This document shows, piece by piece, positions 13,571 through 26,230 of a stretch of 64,000 nt of DNA. The stretch comes from Lama guanicoe (taxonomy: Eukaryota). The stretch is from contig MU054187.1 in assembly GCA_013239625.1 (NCBI GenBank), forward strand, positions 3,979,757 to 4,043,756, read 5' to 3'. Every line of letters starts with the position of its first letter. The stretch's first letter is position 1. The position numbers and the translations under genes are program-made. Under the pieces are notes generated by a model, which was given only the letters and a program-made list of their open reading frames with translations, was not told where the DNA came from and did not search any database.

Positions 13571-14939
13571 ACCCATGGGGTAACAATTCAGGATATATTA
13601 ATAGAGAGAGAGTATAAAACATTCAGACATTATCCTTCTGATTTAAGCTACCTGTTATTCATTCCAGTTAAATGTCATCTGGACTCATTTCTATGAGACA
13701 GTAAAAGCTCTTCCTTTCTTTCTTTTCCTACATAAATTAAATAACATCTATCACACCTAGAACCCTATTTATCCAAAACAAAAACCTTTAATGACACATT
13801 AGAGTTCTTCATTCAATAAGGCAGGCATATCTTAAGTTTGGATAAGATGCTAATTCCATTGACAGCATATTAGTACATTTTGGAAATAACAGATAACCCA
13901 CACTTAGGGTAGTTAAGATCAGATCTATAATATTCAAAGAAGAAACTCAGTCCTGTATTTCTTGAACAAAAAGTCATTAAGATTGAAACTCAGTGAATTG
14001 GTATTGGTTTCTCTAGGGTGAAAAATACTTTCTCCATCTTGTATTTTAACAGCCTGTTCTCCTGCCACTCTTTATGTTTAGTTTCCAAGTTCTCATAAAA
14101 ATACACGTAATGTTTTTAAACTAGTGGAAGGCTAGTAGTGAAATACAAACCATAATATTTTCTAGGATTTAGTCATTCTCCCAAGCTTCATGTAAGCCTG
14201 GAAAAACCATGACTTATTTAAAATCCTCAACCAGAGAGTAAGCTGATTTGTAGGAACTGTTTATTGCAGCTATTTTTTTTAAAAGCAAACCATTTTATAT
14301 CCAGGATATGACTAATTTATGTGTATCAATATGGTAGCAATTATAGGGTAGAAAACTATGTGCTAAGAAAGAGGGAGGAAAAATCAGGAAAGCTAAGATT
14401 CGATTAAGTGGGAATGAAAATAATTTGCTATGAAAATCTTAATACCTTTTCCCCAGTTAATTTTGTTCTAGTATTTCCTTCTTGTCGGTATGTCTTGGAG
14501 GTCTGGCGCCCTGTGTGTCAACAGGGCTCTGCCTGGGTACATGTAGCTCACCAGAGCCAGGAAGAAGGAAAAGGAAGGAGGGTTCCAGAGAGTCCCTGCT
14601 GAGGACAGACAGTGCTGATACCCCATTAGGATATGAGAAATCCTCACACTAATGACCTCCTTGAGTTAAGATATCAATTTTTTCTCTAACATAAATAAAT
14701 GCTACTTACAATGATAGCTATTCACTAAGTAATCTCACTAAATTGTTAATGATCATCAGTACAGCAATTATAAACATATTTGGCAGGAAGCTGGGTGCTG
14801 AGAGAACTGACATGGGATGGGGCAGTTTTGGGGTTGAGATGAGTGGACCAAAATTGAGGGGAAGGTATATTATAATGTGAAGTCAACCCAGCTGAACTTT
14901 TTCTTTTTTTTCCTTCTCACCATCCTCCTCTCCTTTGTT

Positions 14940-15060
14940 GATCTTTTATTCGTCAAACTTATATTTACCAGGCAGCCTTTTTAGGTAATAGAGATACAAA
15001 TATGGAAAACATGAGCCAGACCTAGAAAAGCTCACAGTCTAGAGGAGAATTAAGAACATA
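14940..15060 (-). mobile_element. L2 3' fragment
   Basis: ttttattcgtcaaac...gagatacaaatatggaaaac...aagctcacagtctagaggaga. Confidence 0.5.
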
Positions 15061-15509
15061 ATTATTAATCTTTCATATTCCATGTGCTTTGTAGTTTTCT
15101 AGGAAGAGCCAAAGCTCTGACCACATTTCTATTAACAAGACTGGACCGATTTATTATCACAGTATAATTTCTATAAACACTTGACACTACATTTAGTAAC
15201 CTTCATAAAGTTCCTCTCAAAGCTAGAATATGCGTACACACATTTATAAGTGTATCTGGAATAATATAACCTATCATGCTGCTGTTTTTTAGTTTCAATG
15301 TGTAATTTACCCATCACAAGGAGTCTGATATAAACATTACCTTATACTGAGAGTTAAATAATCATCTCAACACAGATTAAGCTTGAATTATTGTTGTTTC
15401 AGCTCATAACTGCAAATTCATCTGACAATAAAGACTAAAAATATTAATTATTTTAAAAAATCCAGTTTTATATATGTTCATGACACTCATAATTGTTGCA
15501 CTGGAAAGA

Positions 15510-15632
15510 TATCATTTAGTTCTCATAACCGTCCTATGAAAAAAGTGTCTTATTTTCAGATTAGGAGGCCAGGATCTCATAGCTAGTCAGTGCTGGAAAT
15601 AGGATTTTAACCCAATTCTGACAACCAAGACT
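15510..15632 (-). mobile_element. MIR SINE fragment
   Basis: atcatttagttctcataaccgtcctatga...ttttcagat...catagctagtcagtg...ggattttaaccca. Confidence 0.6.
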
Positions 15633-16214
15633 TTTCATTATTCACAGATAATGGGAAGAGGGGATGATACTGGCAGAGTGCGGTGGTATCTACTGGAAGC
15701 AATTAGGAAGCGCAGAGCAGGGCACTGCATTGTAGCAATGGCTCACGGGATCTGCTCTTGTGTGGCTCAGCCCATAGTAAAATGCCGATAGCAAGTTTTT
15801 ACGGCTCTGTTTCCACTAGAGGTCTGGCCAGATGTCCTTGGGTTATGTCATCCAACAATCCTCCTCCCTATTTGAGGGGACTGTCAGTCAGTTTCTGGAG
15901 TTCTGGTGACAGAAATACTTTGCAGACAGATTTCAAGCACAGTTTTGGTTGCCTCAAACACACCCTAAGACTCTAGAATACACATGACTGTGTTTTGTGT
16001 GAAAAAAAAAGGTAAAGCCAGTTTTAGCCATGGAGGCCACCAGTGTGAACATAGCAGAAGCAGAAAAATAATACAAAAAGATTCTAGTGAAAGGATGTGA
16101 GTCTAGCTACATTAAGCCAAATAGGCAATTTGGGGGAGAATAATGGTGTTCTTTGTGAGCCCCACAGGGAGCCTGGAGACTGGAGTTACTTCTGAGAGTC
16201 CATAAGTAAAGTTT

Positions 16215-17540
16215 TGCATTTATAGTCAATTGACTTTTCATAAGAGTGCCAAGACAATTCACTGGGGAAAAGATTAGACTTTCAACAAATGGTCCTGTGA
16301 AGACTAAACATCCATATGTGAAAATAAAAAAGGCTGGACCCCTTTCTTACATCATACACAAAAACTAATTCAGAATGGATCAGAGACCTAAATATAAGAG
16401 GTAAAACTATAAAACTCTTAGGAAAAACCCTAGGAGTAAATCTCCACCACCCTAGGTTAGTTTCTCAGATATGGCACCAAAAATAAGAGCCACTAGAGAA
16501 AAACAGGTACAATGAATTTCATCAAAATTAAAAACATTTGAGTTGCAAACAACACTATCAAGAAGGTAAAAATATAGCCACAGAATGGGAGAAAATATTT
16601 GGAAATTACATACTGATAAAGGCCCTGTAGTATCCAGAATATATAAAAACACTATGACTCAATAAGTCAAAGTCAAATAACTTAATTAAAATTTTGGCAA
16701 AGGATCAGAATAGACGTTGTTCTAAAGAAGATATACAAACGACTGGCAAGCATATGGAAAGATGTTCAATCAATAGTCACTAGGGAAATGCAAATCAAAA
16801 CCACAGGGAGATAGCACTTAACTTTCACTAGGATGGTTGTAATAATAAAAGAAGGGAAGAGAAGAAAAGGAAAGTGTTGAGGATGAGATGTTGGGACCCT
16901 CATATATTGCTGGTGGGAATGTAAAATGCGTCAGCCACTATAGGAAACAGGTTCCTCCGCTGTTCCTCAAAACGTTACATATAAAGTTTCTGTGTGACTC
17001 AGCATTTCACTTCTACATGTGTACTCAAGAGAAATGGAAACATATGTCCTCAGAAAAGTTGTACATGAATGTTTATAATATCATCATCCATAAGAGCTAA
17101 AAATAGAAACAACCCAAATTTGTATCAACTGTTGAATGGATAAACAAAATGTGGTATATCCATACAACGGAATAGTATTTGTCCATAAAAAGGAACAAAG
17201 TACTGATACATACTACAACTTGGATAAGTCCTGAAAATATTATACCAAGGGCAAGAAGTCAATTTTATTTTTATGAAATGTTCAGAATAAGCAAATAAAT
17301 AGGGACAGAAAGTAGATTAGTGGCTGCCTAGGGCTGAAGGGGGGAGGTCAGGGGAAGAGGGGTCATGGTTAGTGGGTGTGGGGTTTTCTTTTAGGCTGCT
17401 GAAAATGTTCTGAAATTAGGTTATGGTGATAGTTGCCCAACTCTGAATATAATAGAATCCACTGAATTTTACACTGTAAGTGGGTGAATTTTTTTGGTAT
17501 GTGGGTCTTGTCTCAAAAAAGCTCTTTTGAAAAAAGATGA
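16215..17540 (+). mobile_element. L1MB-like LINE-1, 3' ORF2 and 3' UTR
   Basis: gtcaattgacttttcataagagtgccaagacaattc, gggaaatgcaaatcaaaaccaca, ttgctggtgggaatgtaaaatg, gaatggataaacaaaatgtggtatatccatacaa, gacagaaagtagattagtggctgcctaggg, then an A-rich tail. Confidence 0.9.
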
Positions 17541-17544
17541 ACGT

Positions 17545-18030
17545 CAGAGTGTACAGACACATGGTAAGGTACGTAGCTGAGGAGTGAACATAAGGAGGGC
17601 CTCTTCTAGAAGAGAATGGCAGAGCATGTCCTGACGAGTGACTACGAGTGGGTCTGGCTGAGGTAGAGAAAGAGTGGGAAGAGAGCTGCAGGCAGAGGAA
17701 ATGAAGGTGCAAAGCCAGAGGAAGCACAGCACGTCTAGTGAGTTGTGAGCTGCGTCTATGGAGATGTGGCATGTGGGTGGTAAGAAGTGAAACCGGAAGG
17801 ATAAAAAAGGACTAGGTCATGAGAAGGACGAACACCACGCTAAGGAATTAGGACTTCAGCCAGAAAGCACTGCCGAGCTATTAACTCAAAGCTGGGAAGT
17901 ACCGTGGTTAGATTTTTGTGATGTAGAACAATCACTTTTCTAGCAGGACTTAAGCTGGTACGGACAGGAGCGAGGAGGTAGGTCAGGAGGGTGTGTAGTG
18001 GTCCAGGAGGGGCTTGAATAAGGGCAGGGC
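17545..18030 (-). mobile_element. L2 fragment
   Basis: ccacgctaaggaattaggactt, aacaatcacttttctagcag, gtagtggtccagg match diverged antisense L2. Confidence 0.5.
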
Positions 18031-21007
18031 CTGGAAGTGTTCACATGGACAAGTGCTTCTTCCACAGACCCTCAGGCCTCACTGTAGTTCACATTGATAC
18101 CAACTCTTGACACCTACAGTTCAACCAAATTGAAATACTCCTGGTTATATTCAAATACAGAGAACATTGTTTCGGAGTTTCAAGATCTAAAGATTCTGCT
18201 TTCATATCTGGAGCTCATGGTCCCCAAATTAAGGATGTAGAGGTGGTTATCACCCATCATGCGTGATACCCAAGTTAGATCTGTCATCTGAGGTAAACTC
18301 ACTTCCACCAAGAGACTGGCCAGCCTAATTCCAAACTCATCCCATTGCATACACCTAAGCCACAAATGGAAGTTGCTCAACAAACTTTTCTGACTCTCAA
18401 CTGTGTAGTTGGGTATTTCAGGTTCTATTGAGTCTTGTGATTATCAAATGTGGACTTTTATTTAGATTTTGGAAGTATAACGTGATGCTATTCTAACATT
18501 TTTCATTCTGAAGCTAGCCACACACCAATTACAACCTGCACTGACGGTGGCTTTGAGCCTAATGAGCCTGTCCTCAAGGATACACAAGGGAACAGGATGA
18601 CAGGCCAAGGGGCTTTGAAAGCCAGATGGATGATTTGATTCCTATTACCTGACTGTTTGCGGTGTTTCAAAATAGCTGTTACACCCAGAAGAGGACAGAG
18701 TTCTATTGGCTATTAACCTGTGGTCATTTCAGTGAAATTGTAAGTGGAGAAAAACGTTATGCCAACTGAATCAATGCAGCAACTTTCCCTGACTTATACT
18801 TCATCCAATCAACCAGTAATGTGTGTGAGCTAATAAATGCCATGATCCTCACTTTACAGATGAGGTGGTAGTAAGTAATTTGTAGGAAGCTGACAACAGA
18901 ACAAGACTGAAGCTTTGGAATACGATTCTAATAATCATGATGGTCCTTGCTTACTAGCCAGGAATCCCTCAGTGTTAGCTCTTACTTTTATCATCACCAA
19001 CACTGTATTAATAGAATTCTGCCGCTCACAGCCGAACGAGAATCAAGTTTCTGAAACTTAAAGCTTGTAATGAACTCATCTTTTATATATTCACTGGTAA
19101 GAAAACAAATTCAGTCTGGAATTTGTGAGTTGAGGGTTAAGAACATCTATTACAAAATAACGAGAGTGTATCCATTAGAAGATAAAGGTGAAACTCTTTC
19201 TGACCATTACATCTTCCAAAAAGGAGAAATAATAGAATTTTAGGACCAAAGAATGATCTAGACAAATCTCCTTTCCACCTTTCCCCAAAACAATTTTGTT
19301 TTCTTCTAATTACTTTGTTCTGAAATAACATCATTACAATGAGCACAAATACCCCTGGTTTTAGCAGTAGCACCTTGAGCGTAGTAGCCGGGAAAGGGAT
19401 CATTTCTGAGTTTCTGAGTCCTAAGGAGACTGCTGGAAATACCTCTGGGTGGTAACCATGCTCACCTCTCCCAGGGGAATTCATGTTTTTCAGTGTGAGT
19501 TTCTGGTTCTGTGATTTGAACAATTTGAGTACAGAAGCATCCCCAGAAGAAAAATCATATTGACTTGGAATAACAAAATAACAAAACCAAATGTGTCAGT
19601 CGAATAACCCCTAAACTAGAAGCACAGACCCTGAGAGGCAGCAGACTTCCTGGAGGTGAGCTAGTTCATCCTGCTAACAGTTCAGCGTCTTTTCTGTGTC
19701 ACTGATGGTCACCCAACAATGCACTGCTGTGGCTGGGCTGCAGTGGCAGAGCTTGGAGCAGAAACCCCTGGGGATGCAGTCCTGGCTCCGCCACCAGCAG
19801 CAACATGATCTTAAGCATGACGTGCAGCTTCTTTGAGGTTCTGTTTCCTCACTCATGAGAGGAAGAGTGTGTGCCCGGCACTTCTGGAGGGTTACTTGAA
19901 TCTGGCATTTGTATGACTTCATAATTTTCAATGACAGTGAACTCATTACCACCTTCATAGGACAGCTCAACCACTGGAAACAATGTTTGTTACACCGAAT
20001 CTAAAATTGTCTCCTCACTGTTCCCTATACTTTGATTTGTTTCTTAGAGTTACTCAGAACTAAATGAAACTTTCTTCAAATATTTGGACACAGTTGATGT
20101 ATTTCCTTTGTCCTCCCCTTGAGGCCAGACAGACCCAGGGGGGATCTGTCGCATTCCGTGGCACACGAGCCACAGACCCCTGCCATCTGCCTTTGGGCAC
20201 ATCTTTGTTTGCCAATTCCCTTCATAGAATTCCGAGAATCAAACACAATGCAGCAGACAAAATAAAATAAAAATGAGCAATCTCAACTGCAGCATATTTT
20301 TCAGCTCAGCTTAAGCACGTCCTTTTCTTAGTCAGTCCCCAGTTGGCCAAAACAGTGACTGCTCATGTGCTCGGAGTCAGGCTGACAGTAAGTTCTTACT
20401 AATTTGCTCATTTGATGCCTTAATTTGAAAAGCTGACTCTTTGTTCCCCAGGACAGCCTGCGTCCTGAGTCATGGCCATGATCCTCATTTGAGACTACTG
20501 CTATTTCTCAAGTTAATAGTTTTCAAGCAGAGAGGTCTGGCCGTTCTCTGAAAATTTTTAACCAACCCACCAAGGCCCTTGCAGCTAAATTTCTTACACA
20601 TGTTCAATGTAAGCTAACCGATGAGTTCTCATAATTACCTAAATATTATAGAACAAGAGATGTCATTGACCCGAGGACATGCATGTTTGTGGGGGTTTTG
20701 GTTACAAGAATGAGAGAAAATGAAATATATCATGTAAGAAGAAAATTAATAAATATTATGGAGAAAAAGGCTCGGAGAAGCCTTCACCTACCCCACAGCT
20801 GCCTGCATGTTCAATCTTACAGATTCGTCATGTCCTTGACAATGTCTGCCCCAGCGTAATCGTCAGATTGGATAGAACTGATGTGTAGAATCAATTTTAT
20901 TGATATGCCAAGGTAAACAATCAATCAGTGTTTGCTGAATTTAAATGTAACAACCAGACCAACCACTTACAGCTACATTTAGAACTTATCTTTAGAATGG
21001 AGATACA

Positions 21008-21245
21008 GACAGCGTACTGTTGAAAACACGGGCCTTGAATGTGAGGGTCTTGGCTTTATACACGAATCCGACTACTGTGCATGCGTGTTACTCTACTTCT
21101 CTTAGACCCACATTCTCTTTCTCTAAAAGGACCCTTATTTAATAAACCTCCCTTATATAAGTTGCTATAGGGATTAAATGAATGAAATAATTTAGCAAAA
21201 CAGCCAAAAGCTTGGCAATGGAAAACGTTTAATAAGTTACAGTTA
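21008..21245 (+). mobile_element. MIR SINE
   Basis: MIR layout ending ...aagttgctatagggattaaatgaatgaaataa...gcttggcaatggaaaacgtttaataagt. Confidence 0.6.
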
Positions 21246-22799
21246 ATATGTGTGATACATTCGCAAACAACCAATCTGTCTGGTTAATTATATTTTGCCT
21301 AGAAGTCTTTTTTTTAAAACGCTTATTGAATTCATCAGAAGATGATTTTTCTAATAAATTTTCACTGGAAATTTCCTGTGCATACCTTAAGAAGAGAATA
21401 AAAATGGTAATGATGCTAGTTGCAAGTAGTCCCGTTAACGCACAGCTGGACGCTGTGTCAGGCTTCCACGCTTGCTCATCTGGTTAACAGAGGAGAGGGA
21501 ATTCGGCTCTAGCAAATGCACAATCTAGGAAGAAATAAGTAATATGTAATTTTGAGATTTTTATCTGCTTGAGTAGTACGTCTTAATTTTGTTTATTTAT
21601 AAATGTATTAATTATGTATTTAGTAACTTATTTAGTCATCTGGCAGTTTATTTAGTAACTACTTCATAACTTAGCTTAGGCAGGGCATCTTAATTCTGTC
21701 TGTTTAGCAATAACTTAAGTGTGATTAATGATATTGGAAGTCTAGTTGTTCGCCATGTAATCTCCCTTGCATAGAAAAAAACATTTAGCAATCTAAAATG
21801 GAGCTGAATTCAATAGAGGCAGAATAATTCTTGAGAAAAAACTAAGTATTCAGTTATGTGATACCAAAAATGGGGAAAGGCAGTGGGGTTCTTTAGGGAC
21901 CCCCAGAGCAGCAGAGGACAGGTGTGAGGATGGATGAAGTGGGTGGGTCCTTTATTGTGTCTCCAGGGGCCATATCAGAATTTCAAGTGCAATTTTAAGC
22001 ACAATGATCGATCTGTTCTAAAGTGGCAAAAATCTCATTAGTGGGCTGAGAGCCACTTCATTTCCAGTGGGGAGAGTAAAAGATATGTACTTGGAAATTA
22101 CTCCCTGTTCTGTTACAATTCACTTTATGTCTCTTCTCTACTTTTCAGTCATCATCTTATTCAATGATAAAGAGTGTTGACTGACTGGAGTCAATGCTTT
22201 ATTCCTGCATTGAAAAGAATGTTAGAAGTTTTAAAATTATTTAAAAATATTCCCTGTCTAAATTAATTCAAGAAGTGTTCCTTCCTGACAAAACAGTCTA
22301 TTGTCAAGTCCTTGTGCATCATCTGTTGCCTCTAGGTTGACAAAGGAACTAGACGAGGCAGATGAACGTGTCCAATAGTTCATATTTATAAGTTCCGGGC
22401 TTGAAAACCTGACAAGCTCCTGAGCTGGCCCGTCTGGTTCTTAGTCACATTCGTAGTGAAGATGCTTTCCTGTAGGTCTTGACAAGATGGCTTCAGTATC
22501 ATTTCTTCTTATTCAGAATTGTATTAACTCTAATGTCCCTCGGTGAATATGGATGGCATTCTTCTGATCACTGTCCTGCCTACTTCTCTTGGCCAGTCCG
22601 CCCTCTGAGGTCACGTTGGGAGGAGGGTGTGATGGAAATCCAGTGCACATTCTCTCAGAGTCGCCTCCAAGCTCTGCTCTTCCTACAGACCAAAGCTTGA
22701 GGATTTGCTGCGACACACCGAATAGAGACCAAAGTAATCAAACAAGTGGGTTTAATGTTAATTGTGGAGTGATGTAATTATGTTATGCATGGCAAGATT

Positions 22800-23060
22800 T
22801 TTTTTAACATTTTTTAATTGAGTTTTAGTCATTTTACAATGTTGTGTCAAATTCCAGTGTAGAGCACAATTTTTCAGTTATACATGAACATACATATATT
22901 CATTGTCACATTTTTTTCTCTGTGAGCAACCACAAAATCTTGTATATATTTCCCTGTGCTTTACAATATAATCTTGTTTATCTATTCTACATTTTGAAAT
23001 CCCAGTCTGTCCCTTCCTACCCCCCACCCCCTTGGCAACCACAAATTTGTATTCTATGTC
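22800..23060 (-). mobile_element. Young 5'-truncated camelid-type L1 3' end with 14-bp TSD
   Basis: Poly-T, then attgagttttagtcattttacaatgttgtgtcaaattccagtgtagagcac...; flanked by identical TGCATGGCAAGATT at 22786-22799 and 23061-23074. Confidence 0.9.
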
Positions 23061-23259
23061 TGCATGGCAAGATTATTGGTAGCAAATCTACCATTTCCTA
23101 CAGGACAAACTTACTAGCATTCACTATTAATAACACCTCAAATTGTCTACTATTTCCAGTGAGCTCAAAATGCTTTATGTGTTTCGAAAGGCTACCTCCT
23201 TGTAGCATCCTAATGCAAAAGAGTCCTAAGTCCTCGTAAGACTCCTAGACATCAGTTAT

Positions 23260-23950
23260 CCATCTATTTAATATTTTTAGAGCAGATGTTTGTTGAGGGC
23301 CTGTTATGCCCCGAGCTTATGCTGCAATGGAGGAAAGAGTGATGACTGAATCAGTTCCTTTTCTTGGGGAACTGCTCATGTTTTATAAGACAAAATAAAC
23401 AATGAAGTCATCCTAGAACAAGAAGATACTTGCAGTGGTGTAGTCACAGGGAGTTCAGGGAGCTCTGAGGAGGAAAGCCAGCCCAGTCTGGGGGATGAGT
23501 CAGGGCCTGTGAGGTCAAGAGGTGCAAAGCATTCCTGACAGAGCTGCCTGACCCGGCGAAGGCACAAGGGCATGAAACGCACAAGGCTTCAGAGGGACGC
23601 CAGGAAACTGACGCTGCCCTCTGCACACTGCACTATGATGGTTGTGGGAAATAAAGTCATTTGAGAAGCAGTGAGGATTAAGGAGCCTGGAGTTAGTGGT
23701 TTATTTAGGATGGGGCAATGAGACAGGAGGGATGGAGGCTGACCCCTAGATTTCCACAACTTGTCTGGTGGTGTTAACTAAACTAGGGAATACAGAAGGA
23801 GCAGGGTTAGGAGGGAAATGCTCTCAGTGTGTTCATGGTGTGGGTGGTATATGCAGGAGGTGACTGGATATGTGATGCCATGTCTGGGGAGAAAAATCTA
23901 CACAGACTAGGAGATGCTCACAGAGTCAGCAGCTGAAACCACGACAGTGG
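23260..23950 (-). mobile_element. L2 fragment, interrupted by the tandem array
   Basis: agcagatgtttgttgagggcctgttatgcc..., aactagggaatacagaaggagcagg, gagatgctcacagagtcagcagctgaaacc; L2-like sequence appears to resume briefly at ~24915 (gggatctcaagg). Confidence 0.65.
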
Positions 23951-24915
23951 GTGAGTGGATGGGTGGGTGGATGGGTGGATGGATGGGTGGATGGACGGGT
24001 GGATGGACGGGTGGATGGATGGGTGGGTGGATGGGTGGGTGGATGGGTGGATGGATGGATGCGTGGATGGACGGGTGGATGGACGGGTGGATGGATGGGT
24101 GGGTGGATGGGTGGGTGGATGGGTGGATGGATGGATGCGTGGATGGACGGGTGGATGGACGGGTGGATGGATGGGTGGGTGGATGGGTGGGTGGATGGGT
24201 GGATGGATGGATGCGTGGATGGACGGGTGGATGGACGGGTGGATGGATGGGTGGGTGGATGGGTGGGTGGATGGGTGGATGGATGGATGCGTGGATGGAC
24301 GGGTGGATGGACGGGTGGATGGATGGGTGGGTGGATGGGTGGGTGGATGGGTGGATGGATGGATGCGTGGATGGACGGGTGGATGGACGGGTGGATGGAT
24401 GGGTGGGTGGATGGGTGGGTGGATGGGTGGATGGATGGATGCGTGGATGGACGGGTGGATGGACGGGTGGATGGATGGGTGGGTGGATGGGTGGGTGGAT
24501 GGGTGGATGGATGGATGCGTGGATGGACGGGTGGATGGACGGGTGGATGGATGGGTGGGTGGATGGGTGGGTGGATGGGTGGATGGATGGATGCGTGGAT
24601 GGACGGGTGGATGGACGGGTGGATGGATGGGTGGGTGGATGGGTGGGTGGATGGGTGGATGGATGGATGCGTGGATGGACGGGTGGATGGACGGGTGGAT
24701 GGATGGGTGGGTGGATGGGTGGGTGGATGGGTGGATGGATGGATGCGTGGATGGACGGGTGGATGGACGGGTGGATGGATGGGTGGGTGGATGGGTGGGT
24801 GGATGGGTGGATGGATGGGTGGGGGGATGGGTGGATGGATGGATGGGTGGATGGACGGGTGGGTGGATGGGTGGGTGGGTGGATGGGTGTGTGGATGGGT
24901 GGATGGGTGGGTGAA
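23950..24915. repeat. (GGAT/GGGT)n compound microsatellite with a 76-bp higher-order unit, ~11 copies
   Basis: The marker GCGT recurs exactly every 76 bp at 24061, 24137, ... 24745 (10 times). The unit is 19 tetramers. Confidence 0.97.
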
Positions 24916-25012
24916 TGGGATCTCAAGGAATCACCAAAACTTAGGGATTAGGTGGATATTCATGTGTCTGCTGGAAAAGAGCCAGGCTTTGACTTCCCTC
25001 AATACAAGGTCT

Positions 25013-25490
25013 TGTGATAGACAGAACAATGCTCCCAAAGCTGTCCACATCTTAATCCCCTGAACCTATGAGTGTGGTAGGTTCATGGCAAAGAATTAAG
25101 GTGGTAGCTGGACTTAAGTTTGCTAATCCACTGACTTTAAAATTGAGAAATTACCCTGGCTGGGCCCAGGGTAAACACAAGGGTCCTTAAAAGTAAAGAG
25201 AGACGCAGAAGAGCTGGTGTCTGAGAGGTGTAGTATGAGAGACGTGACCCACCTTTGCTAGCTTTCAAGGTGGAGGAAGGGGGCTGGGAGATGCCTCTAG
25301 AAGCTGGAAAAGACAAGGAGAGGGCTTCTCTCTGGAGCTTCCAGAAGTCATGCAGTCCTGCTTGCAAGCCTGCGTTAGCTCAGTGAGACCCATTTCAGGC
25401 TTCTGCCTCAAAATCTTTAAGACAATAAATCTCTGCTGTTTTGAGCCACCAAGTTTGTGGTAACGGTGACAGCAGCAGGAGAAAAACTCA
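25013..25490 (+). mobile_element. MLT1D-like MaLR solo LTR
   Basis: tgtgatagacagaacaatgctcccaaag...ctctagaagctggaaaagacaagga...aataaatctctgctgttttgagccaccaagtttgtggtaa...cagcagcaggagaaaaact. Confidence 0.88.
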
Positions 25491-26034
25491 GCTGGGCTGT
25501 GTCTTGCTTTCTCTCGGTATATTCAGTGTTCAGTAGCGTGTTTGTAACAAAAGCTCAAAAATCAATGTATTAATTAATGAATTTGGAAAAGGAGACCCTA
25601 AAGATGTATAAGGTTTGTCCTGAACTTGGGGCTGTGCAAGTCAAGAAACACAGGATCACTTGTTTTCTCAGTCCCACATTTCAGTTTTGTTTTGTTTTTT
25701 GACCAAATGTTTAACACTTGAAAAATCAAACAAAGGTGATGTTATACCAAAAGTGTAGAGAATACAATCACATTTTAATTTACAAATTGTCAGCTATATG
25801 GAATCTATCTGGAATCTCTTAGCTTTTATTTCCAATACCAGTTATTGGCAAATTACTTGTTTCATGTTATTTATATTTTTATAGCAGTCTTGCTTCCCAG
25901 TTTGATTTTAGGCCTTTACAGGACAAGAACTTACCTTATACCAGTTTATGTCCAGATGCCTGCAAAATGATCAGTGAAGTTTTGTTAAAGAGAATCTTGC
26001 GTGAGTCAGAGATGTTTCCCTTGCCTTTAGGACA

Positions 26035-26230
26035 GGAGCAGGGAGCTGGCTCACACTGACCCATGAGAGCCGACTGTTACATTTCCCAGAATCTAACAAA
26101 CCAGCCGGTGTTGGGTCAGTAGCTTAAAACTGACCATGGTGGGAATATTTACTCCATGAAAACTGTCAAAAACTACAAATCAGCGGCTCATCCCAAGGGC
26201 CAGTTGCTAGTCATTTCCCCACACACCGTG
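26035..26230 (+). mobile_element. MER63-like hAT DNA transposon remnant
   Basis: gagctggctcacactgacccatgagagccgactgtta...gtagcttaaaactgaccatggtgggaatatttac...ctacaaatcag...gccagttgctagtcattt resembles the remembered MER63A consensus. Confidence 0.75.

Noticed and set aside
23950..24915. Possible CRISPR-like array
   Set aside because: Units are contiguous with no unique spacers, the context is mammalian, and there are no cas genes.
23907..25063. Four long ORFs (319-370 aa; GW/MD-rich and HP-rich) on both strands
   Set aside because: They result from a tetramer array that contains no stop codons. There is no promoter, splice or homology evidence, and the GW-repeat look is coincidental.
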